From Candidatus Eiseniibacteriota bacterium (GTDB lineage Bacteria; Eisenbacteria; RBG-16-71-46): a stretch of DNA of 64,000 bases. Both the position numbers and the translations under genes were made by a program. The stretch spans positions 32,001-96,000 of the forward strand of contig CAVUWA010000004.1 of assembly GCA_963744995.1 (NCBI GenBank), written 5' to 3'. Below, piece after piece: positions 60,606 through 64,000 of this stretch. Positions within the stretch are counted from its first letter, which is position 1. Every line of letters starts with the position of its first letter. The notes beneath the pieces were generated by a model. That model was not told the origin of the DNA, ran no database searches, and worked only from the letters and a program-made list of their open reading frames with translations.

Positions 60606-62225
60606 ATGAGCGATCGAGCCGGGGCGCGCACCGGCCCGCCGGGGATGGTCTGGCTCGCGGCGTGGCTGCTGGCCGCCGGCATGGCCGTCGCGGTGGCGGC
60701 TTCGCTCTGGGACCTCGCGGTCCACTCCGGCACCTATCCGCACTGGGACGCCGCCGCGCATGCGCTCGACGGCGTGCAGATGGCGCGGGCGATCGCGGCG
60801 GGGGAGTGGCGTCACTTCCTGGCGCTGGTGAGCGCGCGCGACAAGTGGGCGCCGCTGTTTCCGATTCTCGAAGTGCCCGTGTTCCTCGCCCGCGGCTACA
60901 CCTATGACGTGGCCGCGGCGCAGATGCCGTTCTACTTCGCGCTGGCGACGCTGGCCGTGTTCACGGCGGGCGCGGCGATCGGCGGGTGGCGCGGGCTCGT
61001 GACCGGCGCCGTCGCGAGCGCGTGCTTCGCGTCCTCCGCCTACGTCCGCAACATGGCGACCACCACCATGCTCGAGATCCCGGGAACCTTGTTCCTGATG
61101 CTCGCGCTGGCCGCGTACATCCGCTTCCGGCGGCACGGGCGCCCCGGCGACGCGCGTCTCGCCGCGATCGCGACGACCCTGCTGGTGTTCTGCAAGTGGA
61201 ACTACGGCTTCCTGTGGCTGGTCCCGCTCGGGCTCAACGAGCTCGGACACAGCCTGGTATCGCCCGCGCGGATGCGCGCGCGCGGGCTCCCCGTGGGGCT
61301 GCGCGCCCTGCTCGTCTGGACCGTGTTCCCGCTCGCGCTGTGGTTCGCCAATCCGCGCCACGCGAAGGCGGTCCTGCGCTACGCGGAGGGCCTGCCGCAG
61401 GCCTCCAGGCCCCTGATCGAGAACCTGATCTACTACCCGCGCGTGTTCGTCACGGCGTTCATGGCCCCGCCCTGGCTGGCGGCCGCGGTCCTGCTCACGG
61501 CCGGCGTCGCCGTGGTCCTCGCGTTCCGGCTGCCGGCGGCCCAGCGCATCCTGCCGGTCGGGTTCGCGGCCGCTCTGGCGATGATCACGCTGCACTTCTA
61601 CAAGTACAGCCGGTTCCTCTTCACGATCGCCCCGTTCGTGTGGCTGTGCTTCGGGCTGGTTCTCGCGATCGCGATCGAACGCCTACTCGCGAATCGCGCG
61701 CGGCTCGGGCGGCCGGCGCGGGCGGCGTTCGCCCTGGGGAGCATGGGCGTGGGGCTGATCGCCGGCCTGAATCCCGCTCCGGTGCGCGCGCTCCACCGGC
61801 GCTCGATGGGTCCCCCGGCGCTGCGCCGGGTGCTCGACGCGATCGGCGACGTCCACCGCGCGTCCCGCGGCACGGCGCTGATGGGCTTCTGGGACAAGCT
61901 GAGCAATCCGCTCGTCGAATGGGACCTGCTCCTCGCCGGCACGGGAGCCGCTCCCGCGCCGCGCCCCATGAACCCTGCATGGTATGGAGAGTCCGATCCG
62001 GCGCGGGTGCTGGACCGGCTCGCCGTGGATCCGCAGGTCGAGCGGGTGATGATCCTGGACCTGCCGCGCGATGCGCCCGCCTATGGGCCCGCCTTCGCGC
62101 GGGACAATCCGCATCACGCGCGCTGGCTCGCGGCGTTCGCCGCGGACCCGCGCTTCCGCCTCGATACGCAGCACTTCTTTCCGGCCACGGGCTACACGCT
62201 GTTCGTCTACGCGATCCGGCGCTGA
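60606..62225 (+). CDS. Polytopic membrane protein, probable GT-C (ArnT/PMT-like) glycosyltransferase
   Basis: WDAAAH loop after TM1, APLF, MLE, K at the end of a TM, RFL motif, soluble C-terminal domain. Confidence 0.65.
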   Translation: MSDRAGARTGPPGMVWLAAWLLAAGMAVAVAASLWDLAVHSGTYPHWDAAAHALDGVQMARAIAAGEWRHFLALVSARDKWAPLFPILEVPVFLARGYTYDVAAAQMPFYFALATLAVFTAGAAIGGWRGLVTGAVASACFASSAYVRNMATTTMLEIPGTLFLMLALAAYIRFRRHGRPGDARLAAIATTLLVFCKWNYGFLWLVPLGLNELGHSLVSPARMRARGLPVGLRALLVWTVFPLALWFANPRHAKAVLRYAEGLPQASRPLIENLIYYPRVFVTAFMAPPWLAAAVLLTAGVAVVLAFRLPAAQRILPVGFAAALAMITLHFYKYSRFLFTIAPFVWLCFGLVLAIAIERLLANRARLGRPARAAFALGSMGVGLIAGLNPAPVRALHRRSMGPPALRRVLDAIGDVHRASRGTALMGFWDKLSNPLVEWDLLLAGTGAAPAPRPMNPAWYGESDPARVLDRLAVDPQVERVMILDLPRDAPAYGPAFARDNPHHARWLAAFAADPRFRLDTQHFFPATGYTLFVYAIRR

Positions 62226-62261
62226 GGCGGGTGGGGGGGCGCGGGCGCGCCCCCCGCTGGC

Positions 62262-64000
62262 CTATTTCAGCAGCTTCTCGATCTCGTCCATGACCGAGTT
62301 CATTTCCTTGATCGCGGCGTTGAACGGCGCCGACGTCGTCATGTCCACGCCCGCGTCCTTGAGCAGGTCCACCGGGTATTTGGACGAGCCGGCCTTCAGC
62401 ATCGCCAGGTAGGCGTCGCGGCGCGGCCGCGCCTTGCCGCCCTTCGCCGCCTCGGCGCGGATGTCGTTCGCGAGCTTGGTCGAGGCGACGATGCTGGTGG
62501 CGTACTGGTAGACGTAGAAGTCGTAGTAGAAGTGATTGACGAACGCCCATTCGGTGCCGATCACGTCGTCCACCTTGCAGACGCCCTGCGCGTCCCCGTA
62601 GTAGTCGCGCACGAGCTTCAGGTAGCGTTCGCTCAGATTCTCGCCCGACAGCGGCTCACCCTTTTCGCCCATTTCGTGGATCATCAGCTCGAACTCGGCG
62701 AACTCCACCTGCCGGAACAGCGTGCCGCGCAGGTTGTCGAGGTAGCTGCCGAGCAGGAACAGCTTCGTGTCGCGATCCTTCGCCTTCGCGTACATCGAGT
62801 GGAACAGCAGGTTCTCGTTGAGCGTCGAGGCGACCTCGGCGACGAAGGTGGCGTAGTCGTGGTTCACGTACGGCTGGTGCGTGTCCGCGTACCACGTGTG
62901 CATCGAGTGGCCGGACTCGTGCGCCAGCGTCGAGACGTCGATGTAGCCGCCGTTGAAGTTCATCAGCTGGTACGGGTGAACGCCGTACGCGCCGGTGCTG
63001 TAGGCGCCCGAGGCCTTGCCGGTCGTCGGCATCCAGTCCATCCAGCCCCCGGTGAACGCGCCCGCGAGCACCCGTTCGTACTCGGCGCCGAGCGGCTTCA
63101 CCGCTTCGAGCACCTCCTGTTGCGCCTGCTCGGGCGTGTAGTGCAGGTCCACTTCCTTGATGATCGGCGCGTAGATGTCCTCGTAGCGCAGCGTGTCGAC
63201 GCCGAGCATGCGCCGGCGCAGCTTCAGGTAGCGCCACAGGGTCGGCAGGTTCTTGCGCGCGTCGGCGACGAGCTGCGTGTAGACGCTGGTCGGGATGTTG
63301 TCGCCGAACATCGCCGCCTGCAGGCAGCTGTCGAACTTGCGCACGTCCTTGTCGAACACGTGCGCCTGAACCTGCGCGTTGAGGGTCGCGCCCACGGTCC
63401 CCTGGAAGCTGCGGTACGCGTCCCAGAACGCCTTGAACACGCGCATCCGGTTCTCGCGGTCGGGATCGGCGCGGTACTTCTCGTACGCCTGCTGGTCGAG
63501 CCGGACTCTGGTGCCGTCCACGAGCTCGACCTCGGGGTAGGGCAGCTCGGCGTTGGTGAACAGCTCGTAGACGTTCTCGCCGGCGTTCGCGAACGCCCCG
63601 GTCTTGGCGAGGATCGCCTCCTCCTCGGGCGACAGGGTGTGCGGCGCCCAGCGCAGGATGTCGTCCAGGTACTGACGGTAGTCGGCGAGCCCCGGCTCGG
63701 CGGCGATGAACGCGTGGATCTTCTCCGCGCCGACCGCGAGGATCTCCGGCCGCAGCCAGGCGCTCGCGGCGCCGGCCTTCACGTAGAGCTGCTGCGCGGA
63801 CTGCTTCATCTCCTGCGCCTTCGACACCCGCGCGTCCTCGTCGCTCAACTGGCTCGCATAGGTGTAGAGCCGCGACAGGTCGCGATAGAGGTCCATGCGG
63901 TCTTTGAGTGCCTGCAGCAGGCGTCCGGCCGAGTCGCCGAGGTGCCCCTTGTCGTCCGCGAGCGTGGGAATGCGCTTCTCGAGGTCGGCCTTCGCCGCGT
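62262..64000 (-). CDS. pepF: Oligoendopeptidase F (M3B), 5' partial
   Basis: GKASGAYS, HPY, TLAHESGHSMH, FVAEVAST.NE, RQVEFAEFE, HFYYDFYVYQYAT. Frame runs to the window edge. Confidence 0.95.
   Translation of the reverse strand, partial: AAKADLEKRIPTLADDKGHLGDSAGRLLQALKDRMDLYRDLSRLYTYASQLSDEDARVSKAQEMKQSAQQLYVKAGAASAWLRPEILAVGAEKIHAFIAAEPGLADYRQYLDDILRWAPHTLSPEEEAILAKTGAFANAGENVYELFTNAELPYPEVELVDGTRVRLDQQAYEKYRADPDRENRMRVFKAFWDAYRSFQGTVGATLNAQVQAHVFDKDVRKFDSCLQAAMFGDNIPTSVYTQLVADARKNLPTLWRYLKLRRRMLGVDTLRYEDIYAPIIKEVDLHYTPEQAQQEVLEAVKPLGAEYERVLAGAFTGGWMDWMPTTGKASGAYSTGAYGVHPYQLMNFNGGYIDVSTLAHESGHSMHTWYADTHQPYVNHDYATFVAEVASTLNENLLFHSMYAKAKDRDTKLFLLGSYLDNLRGTLFRQVEFAEFELMIHEMGEKGEPLSGENLSERYLKLVRDYYGDAQGVCKVDDVIGTEWAFVNHFYYDFYVYQYATSIVASTKLANDIRAEAAKGGKARPRRDAYLAMLKAGSSKYPVDLLKDAGVDMTTSAPFNAAIKEMNSVMDEIEKLLK

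Overview
A very GC-rich bacterial chromosomal segment with about 47 protein-coding genes. I found no rRNA, tRNA, CRISPR array, transposase or integrase. Several secreted proteins end in a FlgD/T9SS-like C-terminal domain and one ends in an SWGxLKxxYR tail, which suggests (inference only) an FCB-related lineage such as Ca. Eisenbacteria. Most genes are housekeeping or metabolic: gdhA, lemA-DUF2207, an IorAB-type molybdoenzyme, a P450, csp, hsp20, recQ, rsgA, yajQ, typA, pepF and other peptidases, OPT/MFS transporters, and a type III PKS-methyltransferase pair. The most interesting items are: (1) a stand-alone HNH endonuclease (31913-33106) behind a 286-bp structured non-coding region with an SOS-box-like palindrome; (2) a complete promoter-leader peptide-terminator/antiterminator attenuator upstream of rsgA; (3) two candidate C-terminal sorting signals; (4) a lower-GC FG-GAP island with a poly-C tract and an internally deleted paralogue; (5) an 894-aa pure coiled-coil protein; (6) a PLD3/PLD4-like lipoprotein. 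About five single-base indels within the first 13 kb break otherwise intact genes and are probably assembly errors. All product calls come from motifs recognised by eye; no searches were run.
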